From NCBI GenBank assembly GCA_002633005.1, contig NMRA01000501.1, forward strand, positions 1-64,000: DNA of 64,000 bases. Reading direction: 5' to 3'. Positions 12,245-25,753 of the stretch are shown piece after piece. The notes under the pieces are model-generated. The model was not told the origin of the DNA. It searched no databases and saw nothing but the letters and a program-made list of their open reading frames with translations. The translations under genes and the position numbers were made by a program. The DNA comes from Phoronis australis (Eukaryota; Animalia; Phoronida). Each line of letters starts with the position of its first letter. Position 1 is the first letter of the stretch.

Positions 12245-14759
12245 TTAACTTTATGAATGAAAATCGCACATATCAATATAAAGAGTTGTAACTGCTTTTC
12301 ACTTACTAGGCCTACTATTGTCACTGGTGGTGTATTCACCAATTTCTGACCGAAACTTTTAAGCTGTATTCACTCTACAAAATTGTTAACGGCGTGGCTG
12401 CAATCAGTGCTGCTGACGACTTAACCCCGCTTTTCTAGATAGTGCAACAATCTCAACCTAGACACTGTTGCTGCCGTTCGTCATAGGATAAGCGGCTCAG
12501 ACCATTCTCAAAAATAAAACAGTGCACATGTTTGTTTTTGAACCTGCAATATACACCTCAACTGTATAATACACTTAATTGCTTATTAATTTGATAGCAA
12601 TATTGCCTCCGGAGTGACGTTCACCAGCGCCTTCAACTTGTGAAGTTCGGTGTTGTAGGAAGAATAAGAAGACACAAATCAAGGCATTTCACACTAGCTT
12701 TTAACGTCTTTTTGTTGCGTTGCCTCATATCCCGATAATGTTGTTCGGTAATTTTGTGTTTTTATTGGCTACGTACACGGTTCGCTACTTAATTGTCAAT
12801 TTCATTCCAGCCATTTTCTTCGAGTTTGAACTCACAGGGGGCCTAATGGTGTTTGGTTTCTTTATACTCATTGGAGAGGTAAGTATTGGCCACCTTTTCC
12901 GTTTCCGGTTTAACATTCTGTGCAAGATAGTTGGTGAAGTCTTTTTTGCTTCAAAATATGCAAGGTCCTAGCATTCAAGTGTCCAAAGATGTTAGATTTT
13001 TGGAAGCCTTCTTAAGGTCTTGTTTGGATTAAATTGTTCCCTTGAAACATATTACGCCATAGGGAAGCAAAACAGCAGCACGATTTTGGGCACGTGACAA
13101 AACCGCTTCAATTTCCGCGTAGCCTGGTGCGCAGTTTTCATACATGGGCATGATAGTCTAGAAAATTCACCGGTTTTGAAGAAAATAAGACTATGGGAGT
13201 TCATTTTTATTTTAACCATCTCGGAATCTCATTAGCGTTGGGTTTTCTAAAAAAATTCATGCGATAGCAGCGCTCGACACCTAGCTTGACGCGAAAATCC
13301 CAGGTGGCCAAACGTAATCTGAGGTCAGCAAAACTGACGCCGAAATCGTCAACTAAAAAAACAAAAAGATCGTACCGTACTCAGTTCTCAGACACTTACG
13401 CATACCTCTTCAATTTCTTCCTGTAAAAATATGAACCATTCAACCTCTCCATTCACAACGAAGATAGAACGCAGACGATGGCATACTCCGTTCTTACCCG
13501 ATTTTTGCCGAATAATACCGACTTCCGGATGTGTGCTGACCTGCTGTGTTAGCGGATGCACTGAATTCACGAAATAAACGGAACAATTGTGAACCAAAGG
13601 TATTAAATCTAGCAAAAGTGTTAGTAATTTAAAGTTTGGAAATAAAAATAAACTCTGTAACCACTTTCGAGGCGGTGATCCAAACGTGACATCGCGCGTT
13701 TTTTAATTATCTCGGGATTTCAAGGTAATTTTCCCCAGTGTGTCGCTGTTCGTGAACAGTCATCTGGTGCATTCCAGTGGTGTATCTACAGGGGTTCAGG
13801 GGGTTTAGCCCCCCCCTCGGGCCTGGACCCAAAAATTAAAAAGAAAACAAAAAAACGTCTCCATCAAAACAAAAACGGCACCGCCAGCGTATGTAAATCC
13901 CAAGTAATCCAACTTGGAAAAAAATGAGGGGGGTTTCACTCTGAAAATGTATTCTTGCATTATGAATTGCTGTTATGAAAATCAACGCGTTTCGAGTCTT
14001 CGTGGCTCATCGGCAAAATTCCGGAGATCAATTGTGCGCGCGCTTCCGACGACACTTCTGAAGTAGCCAAGCATTTTAGATGGATCCACCGCTGAAAGAG
14101 CAGCTCTATAGCTCTATTTCTTTTGGTAACTAGCTTCTTTACTCTAAGATATGTTTTGATTTGATCAGGGAAAATACTGTGGTGCCGCCTCCCTGATATT
14201 CAGGCGAATTGACGTGCAACGTTTTTACCTCATCTTTCATGCCGTGTCATCCTAGTACACCCCACACGTTTGTAACTCGAATTTGACTGGTGTATAGTAA
14301 AGTTGTCTTGCGCAATATCATACAGTGTGCATGTACATGTAATACTTTTGAAAAAAACTCGTTTTCCGAAGAATTGCTATTGTGGCGGGCGCCGTGGTCT
14401 GGTCGCGAATCTGTTTGAAGATGCACTCTGACAAGTTATGTCTATACAAGGAATGACCAAGGGGGCACTCACATTTCAAAGTGACCGCATTCGCGAACAA
14501 TGTACGGTACCAGAAATTGCGAGGAGGCTGTATTTTCACAACAAAGTCTCATGCGATGTTCAATGGGCCTCCTAAGGAGCCCTAGTGCCGACCTCAACAC
14601 CTACCGTCTTTCTACCTGCAATAAGCACCACTGCCGTTTTCTATACTGGGAATTTCCGCAGAAAGGCCCAACCGACGAAACGCCCATGCCCATGGGCATT
14701 TATTTGATGTTAGTACTTCCGGTTTCAAGCGTTTAGACATTGGGACGTTTATTTCGAAA

Positions 14760-15060
14760 ATTGCAAGAGATGCAAATGGGTCCTGGGATACATCGTCAAG
14801 GTTTGAAGTAGTCCATGATGAACCGATCAAATTTAGTTGCGCATGCTGTAAGTCTTTTGAATGGACTTGGTAACCTCAGGGGGCTTAGTGCCAACTGAGC
14901 TGCGAAACGAGATGCTGACAATGTAGAGGCGTACAAGCTCATTGACACAGCAGTTGGCGAAGTGCAAGCGTTGGGAACAAACGTCGAAGATGTCTGGGTA
15001 GAGTGGTTCCACGAGGATCAAACCCGGTTTTACGCCAGATATAATCGCATGTGCTGCTAG
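14760..15060 (+). pseudogene. Degenerate hAT-type (THAP12/ZMYM1-like) transposase fragment
   Basis: Frame reads AVSLLNGLGNLRGLSAN*AAKRDADNVEAYKLIDTAVGEVQALGTNVEDVWVEWF, resembling the LS.kLQ...D...A region of hAT transposases; judged by eye. Confidence 0.45.
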
Positions 15061-15261
15061 AAACGTTTAATGTTGAGTCACCTGTCTGATTACATGTGCG
15101 TAAAATGCAGAAAACTTTCCAGTGCAACTGTCATTTGAATAATATGATAAAGTGATATGCCCATCACAATGCCATGACTCAGAAATATGAGGCTTTAAGG
15201 AGTACGATTGAAGAGGTGCACTCGCGAAAAATTACTTTTAGATTACAGTATAAGTAGGAAC

Positions 15262-15490
15262 CGTGCGCGCACCCAGCCTTTAATATGGGGGGCTCGAATT
15301 TCTGGCGATGTGGACCTTTTGCTGACAAAAAGCGGGAGGGCTAAAAAAAAATCGGGGTACTACCTTCGCTGTGCGTCTGTGCCTTTTCAGTGGTCTTTTG
15401 TCTCGTTTTCTCGGGTTTTTTGTTTCTCTGAGGCGGACCTTTTTGGCCACTTCGAGCGCCCGAGCCCCCCCCCGCCTGTGTGCGCGCATG
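15262..15490. mobile_element. MITE with 5-bp TSD, same family as 7136-7400
   Basis: TIR cgtgcgcgcac / gtgcgcgcatg; TSD GGAAC at 15257-15261 and 15491-15495. Confidence 0.85.
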
Positions 15491-16062
15491 GGAACCACCA
15501 TCTTTAATTACAGTTTTACTCGGGTGGTACTCGGATTTTTTCCGGCTAGGATTATGCTGAATTATTGGCTTTCCTTTAGAACATTTATTTTCTTCTACAA
15601 CGTGCCTGCTGCCCTTATTATACACAGTTATACTTAGTACAAAGTTAGGTGATATACTTCGTCCCTTCTTTTACCAGCTGTCAACAGTCACATACATGCA
15701 CGTACAGTAGCAATTTTTAAATAGTTCCCGTCAAATTTTGAGGGCTTTCGTGAGTTTTTGAGTTAATCTTGTCCAACTGAGGCCGACCGGTCCAAACCTC
15801 TGGAACTTTTGATTTTTCTTTGTTACGCCGTTTTCTTCCTTTTTTCTCCACCCACGGGCCCCCTTAACTGCCTTGGCCCCGGGGTTGTGGGCCCTCCTGT
15901 CCATCACGTCTCATGCCCCTGACCATGCATTCAATTGAGTTTGCAACGTGTTTTTATTCAAACTTCTTCGTGTATTCGTTCTGAAAACCACGATTTATTA
16001 GTTGAGACCTATGGGCTTTTGAAAACAGACTGTGGTGATAGAATCGTGATGCCGAGATAAGG

Positions 16063-16216
16063 CGGGATCTCGAGATCCAGATATAATTACAGATGTAAGT
16101 CGGGATCTCGAGATCCTGGGATAATTGAGTCGGGATCTCGAGATCCTGGGATAATTGAGTCGGGATCTCAAGATCCTGGGATAATTGAGTCGGGATCTCG
16201 AGATCATGGGATAATT
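16063..16216. repeat. 30-bp minisatellite (gtcgggatctcgagatcctgggataattga, 4 units plus 1 diverged unit)
   Basis: Direct reading; the consensus unit contains the palindrome GGATCTCGAGATCC. Confidence 0.95.
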
Positions 16217-19200
16217 TGGGCCACCGTACTACGGGTTGGACTATTGCCAGACTTTGATGTTCGCAGTGTCGAGTTTGCGGCAACTTCGCCAAATACAATC
16301 TGAGGTCGCATTAGCGACATAAAGCACTGCATCGTGAAAACTGAGCGCAATGTTCAAAACTACAATTGTAAGGCCGTTAAAGATAAAATATACAGGTTAT
16401 GAATAACCTGTCAGCTCTCTACATGAGGTGCTTCAACTCTCCTGCGCAAACGAGAATCGCCATAATAGCTTAGGTTGTTTTGATCCGCTGCCTTTCCAGT
16501 TGATTTGAATTCACAAGTATTAAGATGGACCTCTTTTATTTCCTTGTTGACAGGCATTAGGTCAGGTGATCGTGTTCCGTACTACCCGATACATGTTTGG
16601 ATTGGCTAAAGAGGATAGCCGTGAGTACTTTAAACAGTTATTCTCTCTCTGAGAGTTTAAGAATATGTTTAAGTCTATAAAACTGGACTTCGTTTTCAGG
16701 GTCTGCGATCATCAAACTTTACTTTTAAATTCCTTTTATTACGTCATTGAAGTAAGGCACCGATGGCGCCTTTTCAGAGGAGAGGACGAAGATAGTGTGA
16801 AATCATTAAAGAAGGGTTAATTGTTAAATGTCTTGAGTAAAGATTGATGGTTACATGCCCAGTGCTGCAACGTTCCGCCGAGTTGAAGGGAATGTATACA
16901 CGCACATTGTATTTCGGCAGGGTTGACCAGTTGGTTGTATTTTTCCTAAAGCGACAATTTCAATGGTGTCTATCTGTCGACCAATGTTCAATTTTTAACC
17001 GAAGTGTTTTAGTGTTTAAAACATTACCACGCTCATCTAAATTTGAATTGTAGACGTCGCCAGCAGACAATGCAGACAATGCCTACGTGCACCATTTTCG
17101 AATTCGCGATTTCAGGGTTATTAACAGCAATAAACTCGAAGCAATTTCTTGGGCCACTGATGGTTTCTATGTTCTTGTTGGCAATGGAAATCGAGTAGTA
17201 TAATGGTAAAGAATATTTTGAGTCTGATTTTATGAGCTTATGTGGCTTAATTTATTTTTCGTTTTTGGCAGGAGTAGCCAGCGAGTCCTGAGCAGTAGCA
17301 GATCATTTCGTGAGTACTCCCACCTGGCAATTCACTGTTTTCTTGTATGACTGCATAAGGTGTCATCATTTAGAAAGTTCCCACGCGTCACGGTGCATAT
17401 TTTTATGCATTGAATTGACATGTATGTGGGACCGTGGAGGACGATGTTAACGACAGCAATGGCCAATCACAGATTTGAGATACTCGTTTCTGGTACCCAC
17501 GGTGATGTATTCCTGCGCGGGTACCAGAAAAAGAATCGGGAATGCCTAAGAACATTGATAACTTTTCCTCACTTCAAGTTTTCGCCTCTTGCATGCCACA
17601 GTGGGTACTTCAAATCAATTGCGGAGCTCTCCCGAATAGTTTCAAAATATGTAAGTTGATTTTGAATCATTACTTCAGTGTGAAGAAGGGCAGAAAATTG
17701 ATGGCGGACTAGCAGAAGCGTAGCGTATTCGATAGGGGTCCAAACGCGAAATTGTTGGATGATCTTGGTGTGGACTGAAATATGTGGCAACCTGGAGAAT
17801 TTTGAAATGAACAAGAGGCTGAACACGGGATAGAAATAACTTTTGACAGGGCAGGGGTTTTTACATTAAGCAAAGTCATAGGGTAGTTGTGCTCCTGTGC
17901 CGACGCTTCCTGGGATGAGGTCTGGGATCATCAGTAACGCTAGTATAATTTCATGTTTTGCTTGCAGTGCATCGCGATATCTCTCGAAGATTCGCGTGAT
18001 CTTGCGTGATTGTGTTCTACGGAACTGCACGACACCTGTCCAGTTGGTACCTTACTCAACATTTTGTCACTTTCATAAAATTCATTTGAAAATTGCGCGA
18101 AAATGTGTAAATTTAATCGCGGGATTTTTTTGGATTTGAAAAGTACACATGGTTGAAGTGGAAAACTTGAAAATATAATTGCCAGGTCAAGGTACTCATG
18201 AAACCTATTTTTCGCTCCTACAGCTAGAAATTCGGGATCCGTTTCATGAAAAAAAGTCCTAAAAATAAATACATTATTGAAACAATAAATATGAATTATG
18301 TCTAGTCTATCATACTCTCATAATTACACGTGCTTGGCTAAAGTTATTGTCAGCAATTGTGAAGTGGGTGTGTGAGAACTTTGTAATTTCTGTTTTAATA
18401 CTTTAGCCACTTTCATGCAATAGACTCACGGTTATTCGTTGTTAGAAAAATTCCGAGACGGAGGCTGAGTCATCCCTGCCCCCTTTAAAGTCGAACTACA
18501 CCAATTTCGTTCAGCCCCAATTGTAAGCAATCTCTCCCTCAACTCTCTTTGCCCTCGTGAACAGTGGCTAAACGTGGTGATTTCCTTAAACAACAATGAA
18601 TCATCAACTTTTGGTCTTTTGTCTATTTTAATTTGTGCCCACCATGGCTGCACCAGTGCGCTGTCAAGGGATTTCTGGATATTAATGGTTCGTTCAGTGC
18701 GCATGTGCAGATGGCGGGAAAGCACAACAGTGGTATCTAAACAGTTCTGTCAATATGTTTTTATGGTGTCTTTAATTATTTTCATATATACAGTAAAGTT
18801 TTGAAAATAAAGGTGCAAAAGTAACTGTCAAAGTAAAGACCTAATGCATTATGCTTGGCGGGGAGGTGTAGTGCGTGCAAATCACTAAAATTAATAGATA
18901 TGTTCATTTGACTGAATAACGCAAATGTGTAATCTGGCTGCGTTTTCTAGCCACTGAGTTTTCATGTCATCTGCGTTGAGGTTTCCAACTCAAAAATGTC
19001 ACAATGCAGTGGCAATTGAACGAATCCAGAGTTAAAAAAGCAATTATAAACCTTTGTTCCTTGGTAAGCGGTACGTTTACGCTTACTTTCCGAAAAGTAA
19101 ATAACATCAACTACATCTAGTCATCTGCGCTTTCACAGCTTCATTCACGTGCCACTTGTACTGTCTGTCCCTATTAGTGCCACCATAGACTATAGATAGG

Positions 19201-20257
19201 GACTGCCAACTCCCGTTAGAGCGTGTTGCGCATGTCGCGGACCACGGGACATAAGCACTAACGATGAGAGGGCGCTGCACACGCAGGATAGAAAACTTCC
19301 GGTTTTACGGAGCGGTCGTTCCCTCGTTTCAAGATTTGGTAAAGAAATGAGTCGAATTGCTTGATTTTTTTTGGAGTTTTTAAGACTTGTAAAAATAAAA
19401 TGCGTATACTTTTCTCTGTCATGTCATTTAAAACATTCACAAGATAATGCAGACATGTTATGAGTTATTAACGCCAGAAACGTCTTCAGCTGATTTTCCC
19501 GTGTTACACTTACACAGTCGCATCAGCTGATTTTTTGTTGCAATTAGTATTGATGTTTGTTTAAATTGTGCACCGTACGAATCAGCTCATAATCATAGGC
19601 ACAAGTATTAACCAACAAAAATGAATTTGTAACAATGTTACACAATAAATATTTGTAATTCACACAGCTTTGTTCCAGGGGGAAGGGCCAAAGGCTAACT
19701 GACATTGACATCATTTGCAAAACTTGAGTGTCAAAAAGCTGTGTGTCAAAAACCTGCTGTCACTACTATCATAGCCAAAAGTACATTGTAAGGCAACTTC
19801 TAAACATAGCTACGATTATGCAAAATTGGTTCGATACATGACGCTGGTTGCTATTAACAATCTTTATTCCATTCCGTTCGTATCGTCAGAACATTGGTAA
19901 AGAAACTGACCAAGAGACGACAAACGATATTTCGAAAATACTTGTTTCATCAAGTGGAAATAAAATGACACAGTAATACCACCACAGAGCAAAAGCTAGT
20001 CAAATATGCAGTGGTACACAGCACGTGTGAAATACTGCAGACTGACAACGGAGAGGGTAACAAGAATGTCGCGCAAACAAGTGCTGCATGACCCTGTTTA
20101 CTGCTCATTTAAAACGGGCTTCGTGAATGTAATCAAAAGGGACTCTCAATATTTTCACTAGCAGCAATCATGCTCTCCATGTCAACTGAGTTGACCTATT
20201 CTCCACAGTTTCTTGACGAGTGACACTTATGATTATGAAGGTGGACTTGCTCATTAA

Positions 20258-21573
20258 AGGCGAAGGCAACCTTTTTCCATGTCATTTTGAGCTAAAATAA
20301 GGTTAGTTGGTTATCCTAGACATATTTTCCACTTAATTACAGCTTTTCGTACTTTTATTAATTACTCGTCCGCTACTCCGGAAGTGACGTTTTAGGAGGC
20401 AAGCATTTCGCGCCAATTTCTTTTCATATAGTCTGACTGTGAGAGCTGCCGAGTCAGTCATTGTTCTACCTCGGTTGTGTTAAGTTCCGTCGTCGTTTGC
20501 TTTCATTTACTAGTCAGTCAACATGCCACACTGTTGCTGNNNNNNNNNNNNNNNNNNNNNNNNNNNNNNNNNNNNNNNNNNNNNNNNNNNNNNNNNNNNN
20601 NNNNNNNNNNNNNNNNNNNNNNNNNNNNNNNNNNNNNNNNNNNNNNNNNNNNNNNNNNNNNNNNNNNNNNNNNNNNNNNNNNNNNNNNNNNNNNNNNNNN
20701 NNNNNNNNNNNNNNNNNNNNNNNNNNNNNNNNNNNNNNNNNNNNNNNNNNNNNNNNNNNNNNNNNNNNNNNNNNNNNNNNNNNNNNNNNNNNNNNNNNNN
20801 NNNNNNNNNNNNNNNNNNNNNNNNNNNNNNNNNNNNNNNNNNNNNNNNNNNNNNNNNNNNNNNNNNNNNNNNNNNNNNNNNNNNNNNNNNNNNNNNNNNN
20901 NNNNNNNNNNNNNNNNNNNNNNNNNNNNNNNNNNNNNNNNNNNNNNNNNNNNNNNNNNNNNNNNNNNNNNNNNNNNNNNNNNNNNNNNNNNNNNNNNNNN
21001 NNNNNNNNNNNNNNNNNNNNNNNNNNNNNNNNNNNNNNNNNNNNNNNNNNNNNNNNNNNNNNNNNNNNNNNNNNNNNNNNNNNNNNNNNNNNNNNNNNNN
21101 NNNNNNNNNNNNNNNNNNNNNNNNNNNNNNNNNNNNNNNNNNNNNNNNNNNNNNNNAATTCCTCGTCACCACTGCTGTGAACAAGGTCTCCGTCACTCAC
21201 ACTACTGTCACTGTGATACGGGTCACCGACTCCAGCCATTTTCAGCTTACAACACACTAAACAATCCCTAAATCCAACGTAGTTGAGTTCTCTACTAACA
21301 TATCTTGCCGCAGAATACTCGCCTATGGAAAGTGGTGGCGACATTTGTTGAAAAACAGCACAAAACAAAAGTAGAATAGAACAGATTCGCACGGTAAAGT
21401 CAACGCAAAACCAAGTGGCGAGAAACGGTTGCCTCCTAAAACGTCACTTCCGGAGTAGCGGACGAGTAATTTATAAAATTACGAAAAGCTGTAATTAAGT
21501 GGAAAATATGTCTAGGATAACCAACCAACCTTATTTTAGCTCAAAATGACATGAAAAAAGGTTGCCTTCGCCT
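20258..21573 (+). mobile_element. Young Kolobok-like transposon with ~145-bp TIRs; interior in gap 20540-21156
   Basis: TTAA at 20254-20257 and 21574-21577; termini AGGCGAAGGCAAC...GTTGCCTTCGCCT. THAP start MPHCC at 20523 (+); convergent acidic ORF MAGVGDPYHSDSSVSDGDLVHSSGDEE (-). Confidence 0.88.
20540..21156. other. Assembly gap
   Basis: Run of N. Confidence 1.
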
Positions 21574-24500
21574 TTAAGACCTAATGTCTATTTCTCTCTT
21601 TCAGCCTCTGAACATCCTCTAAATGTCACAAATACATAGAATATCAATAAAGTAATATGGAACGAAGAGTTCTATCTGGAACGTGATTTTGTGAAAGTGA
21701 ACTCTTCCCCCAGGACTCTTCTATGGCTTTTTAACAAAAAAATGAGCTAATTTTCAGTATCGCATTGAGCGTGAATGTTTAATTGCCATAACAGAATCAG
21801 TTCCACTATTGAGTAGTGGAGATGACCTGTGAATTGAAGAAGTCAAAATTTTGAAGGACCAGTTGGCACTGTAATTTTCTTTAGGGTAATGTGATGCCAA
21901 CAGATATTCAGCATTCGAAAGTAAGCTTGTATAGTATATTTTTTATAAATTAAGTTTTTATACTTTACACTTAGTGAAGGGAATTCGGTTTTAAGTGTGA
22001 TATTTTTGCCTGCAGAAGAAAAAAAGTTTTAACATGAAATGAAACCACCAACTGAAACAAAATACCACAAAATTTGAAATAGAGAACATGAGAGGGAAAG
22101 AGTCAGGTTACGAAAGGTGTTCTGTCAGCCTTATTTTTAGTGGTTATCAGATGGCACATCTCACACAAAATACACATTTTTCATTTCTTTATTTTCCCAG
22201 TTCCAACGAGTAAGTAACAGGGGTCTGAGATTCCCCTGCCTTACTTTGCAATTGTTAAGTGAAAAATGGCAACACGAATATACAATGGAATTGATTTTTA
22301 CAATGACAAACAGGAAAAAAACATAACATTACATAAAGTCAGTGTTGCATACATTTCTGAGAAGGAATACAAAAACACCCTTTGCATACTATGTTTTACA
22401 AAATAGAGCTGTCATCAGAGCAAAGCAAAATACAAATTTCATCAGAAACACTTCAATAGTCTAAAATGGTAGCTTTAGACATGCCATTAATATATTTTTT
22501 AATTTGTTTAGGCGGCTCTCGAGTTATTTAATTTTTACAGACTCAAAAATAGTCTTTTTTCAGCAAATAGCACCCAAAAATTTCAGGCCACAAAAACATC
22601 AAGTTTAGACAACTATATTTGGGAATCCATAGCTTACTGTGTTGCTAAAACAAGATAGTCCTTTACAAGTAGGTTAACAACATGACATCGTCACCAAACC
22701 ACTTTTAAACGACAAAACACTTCAAGAATTACCATGGTTCGGTGAAAATATTTCTTTTGTTCCAAAATATTTCAAATAATTCTAAAAATGAAATTGGTGT
22801 AACAAATGAATTCAAAAATAGCAAAAACCAGAAACCTAGTTTTTTCAGAGTATTTCGTCATTTATTCAAAAATCTTTGCGGTTATATGAATTATTCGTTT
22901 TACCCAAGTGAGATCAATGCTTTCACAATCTTAAGTTAAGCACTATATGATAAATATGATCAAGTGCATTTTTAATTAAACAACACTAAATTAGACAATA
23001 AAATTTCAATGAAATTTAAATCAATTTTATTTCTGTCAAATAATATACGAATTGAGAGGCGTTGTGTTAGTGACCATCCAAAAAGAGCATACTCGTATTC
23101 TAAACGGTTTTGATGCACTGCAGCCTTGAATAAACAATTATTTTAATGCAAAGTATAATTTTTTAAAAATGAAACTGATCATTGCACCACCACAAGGTAG
23201 AAAACATTTAACAAAATTATTTTTGAAGAAAATAAACTGAATCTATCCCCAAAACTGAAGTTAAATTGAATTTTAGAAATATTCTGTACTGTTTAAATGA
23301 AAATATTTCACCAATTTGGGTCACTTTATGTAATTTAGGGAAGTTTTGACTGGTTCTGTTTAATCCATTTGACCAATCAAATTGGAATTCAGTTTTAACC
23401 CTGGAAAGGTCAGCACGGTTCTTGAAAAATTACTGAATTTACCTTTTTTGGATGTATTGCTAAATGGAAATGGTGAGATGAAGTGAAAAAAATTGATGAG
23501 GAATGGATTGTTACGTTGAGAGTACATTTACAGGATTTTCCAGGTTAGAAATTGACAAGGCATTAAATTAGAAAAACAACATTTTCCCCATGCATACTTT
23601 TATAAAAAAAACAAATAAAAATGTACACTTAAGGCAGAATTTTTTAGCAAACAGTTTGACATCAATAACGGATTTAGAGGGGCGTCAAGAGGGCTACTCC
23701 CCCCTAAAATTGCCCCAGATTCCATTTGACAGATCGGGAGTGCCAATGTCTGAATGACAAAATCCTGGCTAATACTCTCTGTGGTCCCCCTAACACAAAA
23801 TCCTGGACCCGCCCCTGGATATACATATCATTAAAATCGGTTCAGTAACGGCCATTTAGCATCTGAAAATTTATCCCCTTCACAAGTGCTGCAGTACTTC
23901 GATTTTTAAAAATATTCATGAATGCCCCCATTTGTTGAAACAGATATCAATATAAAGAAAGAAGTTTAAATATTTCGCTGGCATACTTTTCATTTTCCAC
24001 CACTTTTCATGCTAATATATATGAGCTTCTGAAAATCATGGAAAATGGCAAAATTTCGCTCTTGCTGAATTTTGGATATATTGGTAAACTATGGCTTATG
24101 TACATGTACATTGTAGACGTAGTGACGAATGAAAAACTACATTTAGGTACATTCAAAATTCATACAAAATCACAAAATTCAAACTAAATTTCATGGTAAA
24201 CGACTGAGAATTAAACTAGTGAAAAGAATTATCCGTTTAGTTCAACCTTTTCATTGGACCAAACTCCTCGATTCGTGTGTTGAACTGTGCCAGCAGGCGG
24301 GCCGATCAACAACAACTTGTCAAGTTAATTCCGACACGTTTCGTGCCAACAATCCGACTTGAATGGCTCGCATACGCGATTTAGTTTGCATTAAACACAA
24401 CAAATTAATTTCAAACTCAACAAAATTGCTTGAGGTGCGCGAAATAAAAACCGAAGTTCACCTTCGTTACTATGCTTAGCCATGAGACCGGAAGTTTTGA

Positions 24501-24776
24501 ATCCTGCTCACGTACTTTTGCGTTAGACCGTGAGATTTCACGGAGTCGCCAGTCTCTTTACTAATATCTATGGTGCCACGATGTTCAATGTTCATAGCAA
24601 TGGGTGGTGCAGCACTGAAAAAGTGGGGGGATATAGCCCCCAGCCCCCTATGGTGCGCCGCCAATGGGTTGGGCTGTGAATTCATAAGTTTTTACCTGTT
24701 ATGTTGTATTTCAAAAAATTAGTTTTCTTCGAAAACGTATCATTTCATAAGGGCAAATGAAAACGCATTGATTATC

Positions 24777-24922
24777 CATGAGCGGCGCAGCACTGAAAAA
24801 TCTGGGGGACTATAGCCCCAGTCCTCTGTGCTGCACCGCTCATAAACCATGGGCGGCGCAGCACTGAGTGAAAAAAAGTTATGGGGATTTAGCCCCCAGC
24901 CTCTTATGGCGCGCTGCCCATG
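24777..24922. mobile_element. Dimeric hairpin mini-element (two ~70-bp catgggcggcgca...tgcgccgcccatg units); monomer at 24599-24666, dimer also at 52005-52146
   Basis: TSD TTATC at 24772-24776 and 24923-24927 flanks the dimer. Confidence 0.7.
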
Positions 24923-25662
24923 TTATCTTACTGGGTTTGTACATCGGCATTATGTATAGTAATAGAAATGTGAATTAACTTTCAGTGCGCGTGCTTATCA
25001 TAGCTTTGCGAACCCAGGGGGGGGCTCCCCATTTTGCGAAGTGGGCAAAAAAGTCCGCCTCAGAGAAACAAAAGGTCCGATAAAAGTAGAAAACGAGACA
25101 AAGGTCCCCCAAAAGCCAGGAATTCGGCGGCTGCACAATTCACAGCACTGAACGTATCCGTTTTTGTGTTAGTAAAACCTCGACATTCTCAAAGAAAGTT
25201 CGAGAACCCTTATTTTTAACCTCATTGCGCGCATGCTTTGCGTTGCCTGTTCCCGCTTATAGTTCCCGTTGCTTGCACGTGGGACTTCCGCCAGGAACAT
25301 GTTGCTCTAGAGCGATCTGAACTACCTTTTGACGCGGAGTCAGAAATTGGTAACAAATTGCGCCCAAGAAATTTCTTTCAGATCTCGAGTTAAAGGCGAA
25401 GGCAACCTTTTTCCAAGCATGTCATTTTGAGCTAAAATAAGGTTGGTTGGTTATCCTAGACATATTTTCCACTTAATTACAGCTTTTCGTAATTTTATTA
25501 ATTACTCGTCCGCTACTGCGGAAGTGACGTTTTAGGAGGCAAGCATTTCGCGCCAATTTCTTTTCATATAGTCTGACGGTAAGAGCTGCCGAGTCAGTCA
25601 TTGTTCTACCTCGGTTGTGTTAAGTTCCGTCGTCGTTTGCTTTCATTTACTAGTCAGTCAAC

Positions 25663-25753
25663 ATGCCACACTGTTGCTGCGTACCGGAATGTACTAGTTA
25701 TCGGCTCACGCGCGCTTTGGGAGTACCTTTGCATCGCTTTCCGATGGATGACA
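25663..25753 (+). CDS. THAP domain N-terminus (transposon-encoded), truncated by gap
   Basis: MPHCCCVPECTSYRLTRALGVPLHRFPMDD fits THAP M-P-x-x-C-x-V-x-x-C...HRFP-x-D. Confidence 0.8.

Noticed and set aside
16063-16216. CRISPR-like array
   Set aside because: Units are contiguous with no unique spacers, the context is eukaryotic, and there are no cas genes.
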